A stretch of 40,271 bases of DNA. Origin: a virus. The stretch is from IMG/VR virus record IMGVR_UViG_3300010266_000003, positions 1 to 40,271 of that record; one strand, written 5' to 3'. A program made the translations under genes and the position numbers. Under the pieces are notes generated by a model that had not been told where the DNA came from, searched no databases, and saw nothing but the letters and a program-made list of their open reading frames with translations. Shown in pieces: positions 8,273 to 17,338 of this stretch (position 1 is the first letter of the stretch; each line of letters opens with the position of its first letter).

Positions 8273-9222
8273 CCCGCCATCAACAGCGTCATTTTTACCG
8301 TCTCCTTTATGATGTCGTGGGTGCACTCGTCGATGATGTACCACCCTTTCAGCCCCCGGTCCGCGATGTCCACGTAGATGGACCGCCCCGCCCGCAGGTC
8401 CAGGTCCCCCTCCAGGGCGGAGAGCTCCAAGCTCACGGCGGGCCGGTTGTAGAGCTCCAGCATCTGCTGGGCCTGCGCTTTGAGCTGTCCGGCATTGAGC
8501 CCTTTGCCCGCCTTTTCGTAGTGCTGAAGCACGCCCCAGCGCCGCATCCTGGCCGAATCCTTGACGATGTACACATCCCGTTTTCCGGTGCTCTTGTTGT
8601 CCTGGACCAGCTTGACCTGGTTTGCCGTATCGGAGTCGATGCTGCTCTCCCAAGTGTATCCGGTGGCCAGACTCCCGTCCCCCACAGCAAGGATGGAGCG
8701 GCCCCCCTCCACGTCGGAGAGGCGCAGCGCGCCGTAGTCGTCCCACAGCACGTACATCTTTCCGGTGTTGATGAGCGTGCGGTCCAGGGCCTCCAGGATG
8801 ATGTCGAACAGGGTCTTTCCATCCATGGTCATGGATGGGATGACATATCCGGTGTTGTCCATCTCCCCCGTCTTCAGCTCGAAGTCGGCGGCGATCTGGG
8901 CGGCGATTTGATCCGCCCGTTGTCCCTCAAAGACATAGGTGTCCTTGTTCTTCAAATAGCGGAGCTGGTCATAGGCCGTGACCGTGATCTCCTCCTTTTC
9001 GCTTCCGCCCAGCTTGAAGAGGTATCCGTAGAAGATCTTCCGGTCCCCGTCCTTCAGCGCCAGGATATCCCCGTGGGCCAGGGTGAAGGACCCGTCCCGC
9101 AGCAGGGTGAGGTCCATCTGCCCCGGCGCGCCCCGGCGTACGGTCTTCACCGTGCAGGCCGTGACCAGCCCCGAGAGCTCACGGGTCTCTCCGCTGTCCA
9201 GATTCTGATGCAGCAGCTCCAT
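8266..9222 (-). CDS. Tail hub / late-control-D-like protein (XkdQ-like)
   Basis: 318 aa with RBS GAGGTGAG. It lies between the LysM protein and the DUF2577 protein, as in PBSX-type tails. Confidence 0.6.
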   Translation of the reverse strand: MELLHQNLDSGETRELSGLVTACTVKTVRRGAPGQMDLTLLRDGSFTLAHGDILALKDGDRKIFYGYLFKLGGSEKEEITVTAYDQLRYLKNKDTYVFEGQRADQIAAQIAADFELKTGEMDNTGYVIPSMTMDGKTLFDIILEALDRTLINTGKMYVLWDDYGALRLSDVEGGRSILAVGDGSLATGYTWESSIDSDTANQVKLVQDNKSTGKRDVYIVKDSARMRRWGVLQHYEKAGKGLNAGQLKAQAQQMLELYNRPAVSLELSALEGDLDLRAGRSIYVDIADRGLKGWYIIDECTHDIIKETVKMTLLMAGC

Positions 9223-9231
9223 GCACTCACC

Positions 9232-9909
9232 TCACAGTGTGAAAATCTGTCCGGGGTAGATGGTGTATTTGGGCACGCTCTTCCCCCGGTTGCCCGCGTC
9301 GATCACGTCTTTGTTCTTCTCGTAGAGATCCGGGTAACGGCTCCCGTCGCCGTAGCACCGCCTGCAAATGGACCACAGACAGTCACCGGACGCCACCGTG
9401 TAGGTCTTGGCCGTCTCCGGCTCGCCCTCCCTGGGCGCCTGTTCCACCACGGCCTTGCCGGCGGCGTCGTCGGGCAGGGTGACCCGCCGCGCCGCCGGCG
9501 CCCGATACTCCTTGAGCTTGAGGGTGTAGGAGAGGTCTCCCACCGTGCCGAACTGCTCGGCATAGGTAAAGTCCTCGATGGCAAACGCGGTGTTGAGGTC
9601 CAGGTCGAAGCCCTCCAGAAGCATCCGCAACGGTTTTTTTGCGTCTCTCTGTGCCTGGATGGCCCGTACGCAGGCCATGGGCTGGGAGACCGGGCCGGAG
9701 ACCCAGGGGGACTTTGCCGCCGGGAATACGGAGGAGATCGTGATCTCCCGCAGTTTCCGCGTCCGGAGGAGGGAGACCTCCCCCAGTGAGAGCACCTTGG
9801 CTGTGCCGTTGTCCCCGGCGCACTTGACCTCCAGCTTTTCCGGCAGGACGGGCAGGGTCAGGCTGCCCACCGCAAACTCCAGAACGATACTGTACTTTTC
9901 TCCGCTCAC
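9232..9909 (-). CDS. LysM-domain tail protein (XkdP-like)
   Basis: 225 aa. The C-terminal LysM-like block is YTVASGDCLWSICRRCYGDGSRYPDLYEKNKDVI...YTIYPGQIFTL. The GTG start overlaps the TMP stop (GTGA). Confidence 0.75.
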   Translation of the reverse strand: MSGEKYSIVLEFAVGSLTLPVLPEKLEVKCAGDNGTAKVLSLGEVSLLRTRKLREITISSVFPAAKSPWVSGPVSQPMACVRAIQAQRDAKKPLRMLLEGFDLDLNTAFAIEDFTYAEQFGTVGDLSYTLKLKEYRAPAARRVTLPDDAAGKAVVEQAPREGEPETAKTYTVASGDCLWSICRRCYGDGSRYPDLYEKNKDVIDAGNRGKSVPKYTIYPGQIFTL

Positions 9910-11846
9910 GCGTACGCCCCCTCCGCCGAAATGGCGATCTCCTCCTCCAGCACCTGGGCAATGGAGGAGACCACCTCGTTCACGTCCACCCGTTCGCTGA
10001 TTCTGGCGTCCATGGATACGGTGGGGGTGAGGGTGACGAAGTTCTGCACATACCGCATCTCCGCCACGTCCTTCATAAACTTCAGGTCCTCGTCTGCGAT
10101 GTTCACCTCGTCGGCCATGGCGCCGGTGTTGGCGGCGGTGGCGTCAACCCCCTGCTGGAGCGCGTCCCAGTCGACACTGTCTGCGCCGCCGAATAGTCCC
10201 GCGGCCTTGCTGGCCAGGCCCTCACCAAGGCTATACCCGGATTTCCATGCATCCTTGTAATCAAAGCGCACGGGAATCTCCGGGGCAGACCGGTCCAGGG
10301 TAATGGCGTTTTCGTTTTTTCCCCAGGCCAGCACGTTGCCCTTTAGTGCTTCCAGGCCGGATGTCCAGTCCGTACCAAAGATGGCGTCGATGATCTTCGT
10401 CACCACCTGCCCCAGCGAGAGAAACCACGAGATGATCTGTCCAATCAGGTTTGCGACGGCTCCACCGAAGGAGTCAAAGCCTCCGTTGACTACGTTGAGG
10501 ACAAATTCGATCACACCCAAGAAAGGCGTTACAAAATTGTTCCATGCTAGTTGAAGCAGGGCGTTCAATAGTCCGATCACGGTATTCATCACCGCTGCGG
10601 CCAGTGTGGCCACCGCCCCGAAGATGATTCCTGTGGCGGATACTGATGCGCCCGTGAGCTTGTTGAATGCGGCTACTGCCGCAAACAGCACGCCCACCAG
10701 CAGCAGCACACCCATCACCACCCAGGTGATGGGCGAGGCCAGGAGCGCGGAATTGAAGGTGAATACCGCGGCGGAGGCCGCCGCCGAACTCCCGCTCAAC
10801 ACACCGAAGCCGATGGACAGCAGGTTCACCGCAAAGTGATACGCCCCCGTTACGGCCCCCGCGATGGCGGTCCAGTGGGCGGCGACCTGGAACACCGCGA
10901 ACGCGCCCCCCAGTCCCAGCACCAGCGGGCCGATGATCCGGATGTTGTTGGCCAGCCAGTTGATGGCGGTGAGGAGCGGGTCCAGGGCCTTAATGGCGAT
11001 GTTGGCAGCCAGCGTCCCCACCTGTGCCCAGGTCATGGGCGTTTCCTCAAATCGCTTCTCCACCTCGTCGGCGGTGTTGAACATGGCCGCCTTGATCACG
11101 TCCGCCGTCAGCAACCCCTCGGAGGCCCAGTCCTTCATGGACCCTTTCGCCCCCTGCACGTTTCTCATATAGTCCTCAATGGCGTTGGCCAGCAGGGACG
11201 CATTTTCGGTGATGGAAACATACTCATCCCCTTGGAGACGCCCGCTGCCCATGGCCTGAGTGAGTTGGCGCATGGCTGCGGACCTAGTCGCTTGGTCAGC
11301 CCCAGACAAAGCGAAGTTTTTATTCATGAGTTCAGTAAAAGCGATGATCTCGTCATTACTGCCAAACGCTTTTCCCGCCAAAAGTCCCAATTTTGATACC
11401 GACTCAGCCACATCCGTATAGGCAGCCCTGGCGCGCATGGCGGAGGCGAATATTTTGTTTTCCAGCTCCGCCACGCTGCCGCCGTCGTCCACGATCAACC
11501 CCAGCCGCGCCCGGTTTCCGGCGATGGTGTCTGACAGCCCCACCAGCTTGGACACGCCGAAAGCCGCCGCGGCCGACTTGACATACCCGCCGACTTTGCT
11601 CCATGCGCCGCCCACCGCCTGGGCCTGCCGTTCCGCCTGAGTCTGCTGATCGTTGAAGCGGTCTACCTGGTCTGCGGCGCGCAGGATGGATGCCGATGCC
11701 CGGTCATACGCCTCGCCTGGATTTGCGGTCTCCGTGATCACGCCCGTCTCCCGCAGCGCCGCGTTCAATTGCCGGGTATACCGCTCCATCCGGTTCAGCG
11801 TCTGGGTCATCTGATCCCGGATCGCCATTGTGGTCGCTATGGACAT
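9906..11846 (-). CDS. Tail tape measure protein
   Basis: 646 aa, the largest tail ORF. It has a helical N-terminus and Gly/Ala-rich hydrophobic segments. It lies directly downstream of the chaperone frameshift pair. Confidence 0.85.
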   Translation of the reverse strand: MSIATTMAIRDQMTQTLNRMERYTRQLNAALRETGVITETANPGEAYDRASASILRAADQVDRFNDQQTQAERQAQAVGGAWSKVGGYVKSAAAAFGVSKLVGLSDTIAGNRARLGLIVDDGGSVAELENKIFASAMRARAAYTDVAESVSKLGLLAGKAFGSNDEIIAFTELMNKNFALSGADQATRSAAMRQLTQAMGSGRLQGDEYVSITENASLLANAIEDYMRNVQGAKGSMKDWASEGLLTADVIKAAMFNTADEVEKRFEETPMTWAQVGTLAANIAIKALDPLLTAINWLANNIRIIGPLVLGLGGAFAVFQVAAHWTAIAGAVTGAYHFAVNLLSIGFGVLSGSSAAASAAVFTFNSALLASPITWVVMGVLLLVGVLFAAVAAFNKLTGASVSATGIIFGAVATLAAAVMNTVIGLLNALLQLAWNNFVTPFLGVIEFVLNVVNGGFDSFGGAVANLIGQIISWFLSLGQVVTKIIDAIFGTDWTSGLEALKGNVLAWGKNENAITLDRSAPEIPVRFDYKDAWKSGYSLGEGLASKAAGLFGGADSVDWDALQQGVDATAANTGAMADEVNIADEDLKFMKDVAEMRYVQNFVTLTPTVSMDARISERVDVNEVVSSIAQVLEEEIAISAEGAYA

Positions 11847-11850
11847 AGGC

Positions 11851-12431
11851 TCACCCGCCTTTCCGCCGCCGTGCGGCCCGTTTTTCGTTCTGCACCTGCT
11901 CGTCGATGGAGGCGTAGATAAAGGCCCGTTCCCGCAGGGGAAGGGCCATGAGCGCGCCGGGCAGTATTTTCAGCCTGTGGAGGGCGTAGTGGGCGTACAT
12001 CGCCTCGCCGTCGCCCTCCCGGATCAGTTTTTTGCCTCGTCCCTCAGCTCGTCCATATCGCTGGAGAAGCCGTTGAGCTCCATGATGGCCGTCATCAGCT
12101 CGTTGAACTGCCCGGGCTTAAGGATCTTTCCCATGAGTTCGTCCTCTCCCACAGCTCCGTATCTGGCCTGGAGCTGGGCGTCCTTGAAGTTGGGCTCAGT
12201 ACAGCAGGCGGCCGCCAGCCGGCTCACATACATTTCCTGGTCGGTCTCCGCGCTCCTCTGCCGCGTCCTTTTGTCAAAGCTCACCTTCTGGCAGGTCTTG
12301 CGGATGGCCTTATTCTCGGCCTCGGTGATGGAGTGGATGAGAAAGGGGTGGGGGAATCCGGAGATGTGTACCTCTGCGGTCTCCTGGGCCGCCGCCTCGC
12401 CCTCCATTAGAAAATCATACAGCTTGCCCAT
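11851..12431 (-). CDS. Tail assembly chaperone, -1 frameshift fusion product (about 193 aa)
   Basis: A hand translation of the -1 frame after A_AAA_AAC stays open for 58 codons. It reads LIREGDGEAMYAHYALHRLKILPGALMALPLRERAFIYASIDEQVQNEKRAARRRKGG and stops at 11853-11851, 4 nt before the TMP ATG. Confidence 0.6.
12024..12431 (-). CDS. Tail assembly chaperone (XkdN-like), zero-frame product
   Basis: 135 aa with RBS AAAGGAGCA. It lies between the tube and TMP genes and ends ...DEAKN on the slippery sequence. Confidence 0.8.
   Translation of the reverse strand: MGKLYDFLMEGEAAAQETAEVHISGFPHPFLIHSITEAENKAIRKTCQKVSFDKRTRQRSAETDQEMYVSRLAAACCTEPNFKDAQLQARYGAVGEDELMGKILKPGQFNELMTAIMELNGFSSDMDELRDEAKN
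12027..12033 (-). promoter_or_regulatory. -1 programmed ribosomal frameshift slippery heptamer A_AAA_AAC
   Basis: The minus strand reads GAG GCA AAA AAC TGA, so the X_XXY_YYZ pattern sits right before the zero-frame stop. Confidence 0.6.
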
Positions 12432-12460
12432 TGAGCATGCTCCTTTCCGTTAAAATGACG

Positions 12461-12488
12461 GCCTCCCCACTGTTCGGAGTGGGGAGGC
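12461..12488 (-). terminator. Hairpin between tube and chaperone genes (attenuator/terminator)
   Basis: Perfect 11-bp stem GCCTCCCCACT/AGTGGGGAGGC with a 6-nt loop. Flanking T-rich runs are short. Confidence 0.45.
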
Positions 12489-12497
12489 TCGATTTTC

Positions 12498-12956
12498 TCA
12501 AAGCTTTTGGAAACTCTCCAGGATCTCAAAGTCCTCGAAGGTGAAGTCCACATCCTCCTCCAGCGGGTCGTCAGAGTCGCCGTCCAGCTTGGCCAGGAGG
12601 ACGGAGTCCAGATTGACCCCCAGCAGCATCATCCGCTGGGAGCCCGCGCCGGAGGCGGGGTCGGTGTTCTCAATGACCATATCGAAATAGGCGTCCACCC
12701 CCGTCCGCTTCCACTCGGAGAGCTTGGCGCGGAAGAGGGGCGAGAGATAGTAGAGGGTCATGGAGCCCGTGCCCTCCGCGCCGGTGGTCTTGTGCCCCAC
12801 CATGCGCATGCCGATGGCCTTCACCTGCCCCTTGGACTTCTCCACCGTGGCTTCGATGCTCTTGGCGAAGAACATCTCCTCGTTGTTGCCGTCGATCTTG
12901 GCGTAGGCCCGCCCCTCCTTGCCGGAGATGGTGTCCTGCGTATCCAGTGTTCTCAT
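12498..12956 (-). CDS. Tail tube protein (XkdM-like)
   Basis: 152 aa with RBS AAAGGGGG. It lies immediately after the sheath gene. Sequence includes ISGKEGRAYAKIDGNNEEMFFAKSIEATVEKSK. Confidence 0.8.
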   Translation of the reverse strand: MRTLDTQDTISGKEGRAYAKIDGNNEEMFFAKSIEATVEKSKGQVKAIGMRMVGHKTTGAEGTGSMTLYYLSPLFRAKLSEWKRTGVDAYFDMVIENTDPASGAGSQRMMLLGVNLDSVLLAKLDGDSDDPLEEDVDFTFEDFEILESFQKL

Positions 12957-12971
12957 ATTGTACGCCCCCTT

Positions 12972-14303
12972 TTAGTTGACCGTCACGGTCATGTAGAGCT
13001 TTTCCATGCTGTCGTTGGGGGTGAGGGCGCAGGAGACGGACACGTCCCGCTTGCCGCTCCCCTGGAGCACGGTGATGTCGTCGGGCACAAAGCCGCTGAT
13101 GGCGTCGATGCCCTCGTATTCCTTTCCGAGGGCCACCAGGTCGGCCTTGAAGAGGGCCCGGCCCGTATCGCTGTTGGTCTGGGTCCCAAGGTAACGCTCC
13201 CCGAAGATCCGGGCCACGTCGTTGGCCCAGCCGTCCATGACCCGCACCACCCGGTTAGATGTCCAGTCCTCGCTCACCCCGCCGCCGAAGGTGGTGCGGG
13301 TGTTGATGTCGGAGAGGACCCGGGCCTTGCCGCTGTCGGCGTAGAAGACAAACTCTCCCGCCTGGATGGCGGCCTCGTACTGCCCTTTGGTGTACTTGAC
13401 GTCCACATCCACCGCGCCGTCATAGGCGGTGTTGGTGAGGGACTCGTTCACCTCCGCCCCGGCGGTGGCGCCGGTGACCCAGGCCACGGCCTTGTCGCCG
13501 GTGAGCACGGTGCCGTCGGCGAGCTTGACGCCGTTTTTCACACTGAGCATCCCAATGCTGTCGGCGGTGGTGTACTGATAAAGCACCCCCACCACCTTGC
13601 GTCCGTCCTCGTCCCGCAGCCGCTTGACGAAGGCGTCCACCAGGGCCTTAACCGCAGCGTCGGTGCCGGGGTAACCCACAGCGTTAAAGCTCTCCACCTC
13701 CAGGGCGGTGAGCCATGCGGTGTACGCCGCGGTGTTCACCGTGCCGTTCGTTCCGCCGGTGAGGGCGGTGGCGGCCGCCGCCGTCAGGGTCTCCGCCGTG
13801 CCGAAGCTCACAAAGTCGTTGGCCTTCAGGTCTGCCGCGCCGCCGGACTTGGCCACGGTCTGCCGGTCCGTCTCCGCACCGTCCAGGTAGGTCACCACGT
13901 CCACGTCGCTGGAGCCGTTGGCCAGCAGCGCCACCTTGATGTCGTTGCCCCTTGTGCCGCCCCATCGGGCGGTGACGGTCATGCCTCCCACCGTGGCGCC
14001 GGCCTTGCTCCCACCGGCGTTCACCCGGTACACCAGCAGGGTCGAGCACCGCTTCAGCGCTTCCCGGATGAGCAGCAGCTCCGCCGCCGTGGCGTCATGG
14101 CCGAACACCTCCAGCGCCGTCTGGTTGAACTCCCCCGCCTCCAGGGTGTAGATCTGGCCCTCCGGCCCCCAGTCCAGCTCCAGGGGCAGGGCCGCCGTGC
14201 CCCGCGCTCCCAGGGTGGCCGCGTTGGCATAGCCCACAAAATTGATATAGCTGCCGGGCAGGATCTTGTTTTGCACCGTAAAGGTGCCGCCTCCCATAGG
14301 CAT
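12972..14303 (-). CDS. Contractile tail sheath protein (XkdK-like)
   Basis: 443 aa. The N-terminus MPMGGGTFTVQNKILPGSYINF is typical of this sheath family. The tube gene follows it. Confidence 0.85.
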   Translation of the reverse strand: MPMGGGTFTVQNKILPGSYINFVGYANAATLGARGTAALPLELDWGPEGQIYTLEAGEFNQTALEVFGHDATAAELLLIREALKRCSTLLVYRVNAGGSKAGATVGGMTVTARWGGTRGNDIKVALLANGSSDVDVVTYLDGAETDRQTVAKSGGAADLKANDFVSFGTAETLTAAAATALTGGTNGTVNTAAYTAWLTALEVESFNAVGYPGTDAAVKALVDAFVKRLRDEDGRKVVGVLYQYTTADSIGMLSVKNGVKLADGTVLTGDKAVAWVTGATAGAEVNESLTNTAYDGAVDVDVKYTKGQYEAAIQAGEFVFYADSGKARVLSDINTRTTFGGGVSEDWTSNRVVRVMDGWANDVARIFGERYLGTQTNSDTGRALFKADLVALGKEYEGIDAISGFVPDDITVLQGSGKRDVSVSCALTPNDSMEKLYMTVTVN

Positions 14304-14313
14304 TCTGTTTCAC

Positions 14314-14742
14314 CTATCCTTCCTTGTCGTTGATCGTTTGCGCCAGCGTCTGCATCGTCTCTCCGCCCCGCGCCTCCCAGAAGAGGAGGTCCGCGTCAAA
14401 GGTAAACTGAAAGCAGCGCTGTTCGCCGTTCTCCCGGGCGCGGCAATTCTTAAGGCGCACCGTGCGCCCATCTGTCTCCAAAGCGCGGAAGCCGTCGTAC
14501 AGGGCCTCCGCCCAGTCCTGGTAGGCCAGCGCGTCCTGGTCGGCCCGAAAGTAGAGGATCTGAACGCTCACAGACCTCTTGAAGCGCCGGTCCAGCTCCT
14601 GCCCCTGCTCTGAGTCGATCAGCCCGATATACAGGCAGCCGTCCGCCTCCCGGGGGATGTCGTCCACATAGACCGGCCGGTCCGGCCACAGTGTCCGCAG
14701 GCGGGCCGCGACCGCCCGGGTCAGTTCGTTCAGTGTCATCAT
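14314..14742 (-). CDS. Hypothetical tail-completion protein (XkdJ position)
   Basis: 142-aa ORF, overlapping the upstream gene by 4 nt. The call rests on position only. Confidence 0.6.
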   Translation of the reverse strand: MMTLNELTRAVAARLRTLWPDRPVYVDDIPREADGCLYIGLIDSEQGQELDRRFKRSVSVQILYFRADQDALAYQDWAEALYDGFRALETDGRTVRLKNCRARENGEQRCFQFTFDADLLFWEARGGETMQTLAQTINDKEG

Positions 14743-15308
14743 TTCAGCCCCTCCCGCAGGAATTTGTCCTGCTTTCGCCTGAGCCGGTTAGGTTGGGTCT
14801 TTAAGGTATTCCGCTTTGCGCGCATCATCGTAAAATGGCCCTTAACATAACCCACTTGAACCGTATCCATCGATACTGTCTCGCGGTTTACGTGATGTTC
14901 AATGGCGTGGGGTCCAACCCACATCCCACCGGGGTATCCAGGCTGATAAATAAAGGTTTTCCCTGCCCAATACCCTGGAACAAAGTGGGACCGGAAGCCG
15001 TACTCCAAGTGCTTGGCATACTCGGCGTTGTTGTAGACGTCGATGGAGTAGGTCTTTCCCCGCACCCGGGCCTTGCAGCCGTCGCTGACGTCCTTGGAGC
15101 GCGTCCCCACCCTCCGGTCCCCCGCATGCCAGTTCTCCCGGTAATTGCCGGTGTTCACGATGCCTTCCGCCTTACAGATGCGCCTGGCCTCCGAGGCGGC
15201 GTGTACCCCCTCCGCAAGGGCCAGCGCGCGCATAAACTCCGGCGCCTGCTCCTTCAGGGCGGCAAGCTTCCGCTGGAACTCCTCCAGCTCACGGTTGTCC
15301 ACACTCAC
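14739..15308 (-). CDS. HK97 gp10-like head-tail joining protein
   Basis: 189 aa containing EFQRKLAALKEQAPEFMRALALAEGVHAASEARRICKAEGIVNTGNYRENW. Confidence 0.6.
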   Translation of the reverse strand: MSVDNRELEEFQRKLAALKEQAPEFMRALALAEGVHAASEARRICKAEGIVNTGNYRENWHAGDRRVGTRSKDVSDGCKARVRGKTYSIDVYNNAEYAKHLEYGFRSHFVPGYWAGKTFIYQPGYPGGMWVGPHAIEHHVNRETVSMDTVQVGYVKGHFTMMRAKRNTLKTQPNRLRRKQDKFLREGLK

Positions 15309-15679
15309 GCCAGGTCACGCTCCTTCAGCCGCGCCTCCTGGTGGGTGGCGTAGACCGCCGGGCGTCCCTCCACGGCGTAGGCATACGTCCGCCCGAACCG
15401 TGACACCTCCACCCGGTCCCCGGGCTGTACGTCCAGCTCGGGGGCCAGGAAGAGGGTGGCGTCATAATCGATCTCATTCTGCGGAGCGCGCTGCCCGCTG
15501 CCGTCCGCACCGTCCCGGGACAGGGCGCAGGCCACGCCGGTATAGACCGCCGCCGGCCTCGGCCGGGTCAGATCTCCGTCCAGGACCGTCTCCATGCGGG
15601 AGATCACCGCGGTATCCTCATAGGTGCCTTCGATGGCGGCGCGCTCCGCCGCCGGGTTTCCGAAGCCCATGGCGCTCAC
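15305..15679 (-). CDS. Head closure / head-tail adaptor protein
   Basis: 124 aa. The call rests on its position between the connector and the gp10-like gene. Confidence 0.5.
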   Translation of the reverse strand: MSAMGFGNPAAERAAIEGTYEDTAVISRMETVLDGDLTRPRPAAVYTGVACALSRDGADGSGQRAPQNEIDYDATLFLAPELDVQPGDRVEVSRFGRTYAYAVEGRPAVYATHQEARLKERDLA

Positions 15680-16053
15680 CTCCGCAGTCTGCGATACCCG
15701 TTCAGGGCCTCCCGCCAGCCGAAGAAGGCGCCGCCCTCCGCAAGGTCAAAGGTCCCCGCCGTGGCGGACGCCCCTCCGCTCACGGCAAAGGAGGTGGACA
15801 CGTCCCCCCGTTTCACGGAGGCCACCGGCCCCGCGGCAGTCTCTTCGCCGCCCAGCGCCGCCCCCTTCCAGTAGGCGGCCGTCATCAGCACCAGGGGACG
15901 CTCCAGCCCTTCTGGAAGGGTATCCCAGTGGATGTAGCCGAGCACGCGATCCTCCACCGTCCGGAGGGCAAACTCCAGCAGCGTGTCCTTTTCCGTCCCG
16001 GAGAGCCCCAGCAGCGCCTTCAGCAGGGCAAGCCGTTCATTCAGGCGGTCCAT
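15676..16053 (-). CDS. gp6-like head-tail connector (DNA-packaging) protein
   Basis: 125 aa, immediately downstream of the capsid gene. Sequence includes DTLLEFALRTVEDRVLGYIHW. Confidence 0.55.
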   Translation of the reverse strand: MDRLNERLALLKALLGLSGTEKDTLLEFALRTVEDRVLGYIHWDTLPEGLERPLVLMTAAYWKGAALGGEETAAGPVASVKRGDVSTSFAVSGGASATAGTFDLAEGGAFFGWREALNGYRRLRR

Positions 16054-16054
16054 C

Positions 16055-17152
16055 TCAGCCTACCAGCTTCACCGCCATGGTCTCGTCCAGGGTCTTGACG
16101 CCGTAGATGATGTCCAGAGAGACCGTGTCCTTCTTGGTGTCCTGGTTATAGCCGTACACCACCCGGACGCCCAGGCCGTCGTGGCTCATGATCGCGGCGT
16201 TGGCCGCGCCCATGGGCAGGGCCAGGGGGCGGGTGACCAGGGCGATGGCGTTGCGGTGGAAGGCCAGGGAGTGGGGCTTGGAGGCCAAATAGGCGTCGGC
16301 GTTGGTGTAATCCTTCACCAGCTCTGCGTCGATGCCCACCTCAGCCACTGCACTGGAGGCGGCGGTGGCGTCGGCGGTGAAGTGGTAGCGGTAGCCGTCC
16401 AGGATGAAGCAGTCGCCCTTCTTCACGGTGGCCGTGGCGGCGGTGACGCTGGAGAGCGCCACCTTGGTCTCCCCCTTCGTGCCGCTCACCTTGAAGGCGG
16501 TGGCGTTGCCCGCAGTGGCCGCCAGGGAGTCGGGGCAGTTCTGGTCCATGTACGTGTCCAGCGTGTACACCCGGCCCAGCTCGGCGTTGCGCAGGGTCTC
16601 GCCGTTACCCGCGTAGGCCACCTTCGAGAGATTGTCGGTGAGGGCGTAGCGGTACTTATGGGTGGGGTTGAGCACCAGCCTGCGCATATCCAGGGGGACC
16701 TTGGCGATGTCCAGGGTCTTGGACAGATTGGCGATGTCCGCCAGATTGGTGGGGGACGCGGTCGCGGTCACGGACGCGCTGATGTTGGCGCATTCGTTGA
16801 GGATGTCCTCGTCCACCGCCTGGGCGATGGCCCGCATGGCGGGGGCGATGAGCTGGGTGGAAAAGTCCTTGATGTCCAGGGTCATCTCCTTGCTGGTCAC
16901 CTCAAAGGACACGTCCCGGTGCCGGTCGATCTTCACGGCCACGCTCCCCTCGGAGGCGTCCTGCCGGATGATGGAGCCGGTAAAGTTCTTGGCTGTAAAC
17001 TTGGCGGGCTTGCGGATGGTCACGGTGTCGCCCACCTGTACGAACTCGTCGGAGTAGTCCCGGTGGACCAGGTTGGCGGCGATCAGGTTGTTCTCCAGGA
17101 CGATCAGGGACTCCCGGGCGATGACGGAGGGAGTCAAAAATGTGTTTGCCAT
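16055..17152 (-). CDS. Major capsid protein (P22-coat-like family)
   Basis: 365 aa with RBS AAAGGAGA. The N-terminus is MANTFLTPSVIARESLIVLENNLIAANLVHRDYSDEFVQVGDTVTIRKP, typical of the P22 coat family. Confidence 0.85.
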   Translation of the reverse strand: MANTFLTPSVIARESLIVLENNLIAANLVHRDYSDEFVQVGDTVTIRKPAKFTAKNFTGSIIRQDASEGSVAVKIDRHRDVSFEVTSKEMTLDIKDFSTQLIAPAMRAIAQAVDEDILNECANISASVTATASPTNLADIANLSKTLDIAKVPLDMRRLVLNPTHKYRYALTDNLSKVAYAGNGETLRNAELGRVYTLDTYMDQNCPDSLAATAGNATAFKVSGTKGETKVALSSVTAATATVKKGDCFILDGYRYHFTADATAASSAVAEVGIDAELVKDYTNADAYLASKPHSLAFHRNAIALVTRPLALPMGAANAAIMSHDGLGVRVVYGYNQDTKKDTVSLDIIYGVKTLDETMAVKLVG

Positions 17153-17338
17153 GTTGTACTATCTCCTTTTCTGTTTGATGTTGTCTCCTGCATGCATGAA
17201 ACTGTCACGCTGCGGGCTGAGCGCATGGCCGGTCGAATAAGCACGGACTCCGCGAAAAATGCCGTTTGGCCTCCGGCCCAACCTGTTTTTTCGTCTGCGT
17301 CCTGACTTGTTCTCCCTATGCGCCTGCCCTCCGCGCTT

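Noticed and set aside
8317-9789. 490-aa plus-strand ORF. The 440-aa ORF at 15983-17305 and the 400-aa ORF at 3119-4321 are of the same kind.
   Set aside because: Same reasoning. They overlap recognised baseplate, capsid and fibre genes on the other strand and have junk-like composition.
12507-14333. 608-aa plus-strand ORF, the longest in that region
   Set aside because: It is entirely antisense to the tail tube and sheath genes. The sequence is low-complexity and Gly/Arg/His/Pro-rich, with no recognisable motifs. It is a GC-driven shadow ORF.
17153-17338. 186-bp spacer between the scaffold and capsid genes, examined for an ORF, tRNA or riboswitch-like element
   Set aside because: It has only weak, short stems and a TGCATGCA palindrome. 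The overlapping 78-aa ORF (17134-17370) is junk-like and overlaps both neighbours. There are no tRNA hallmarks.
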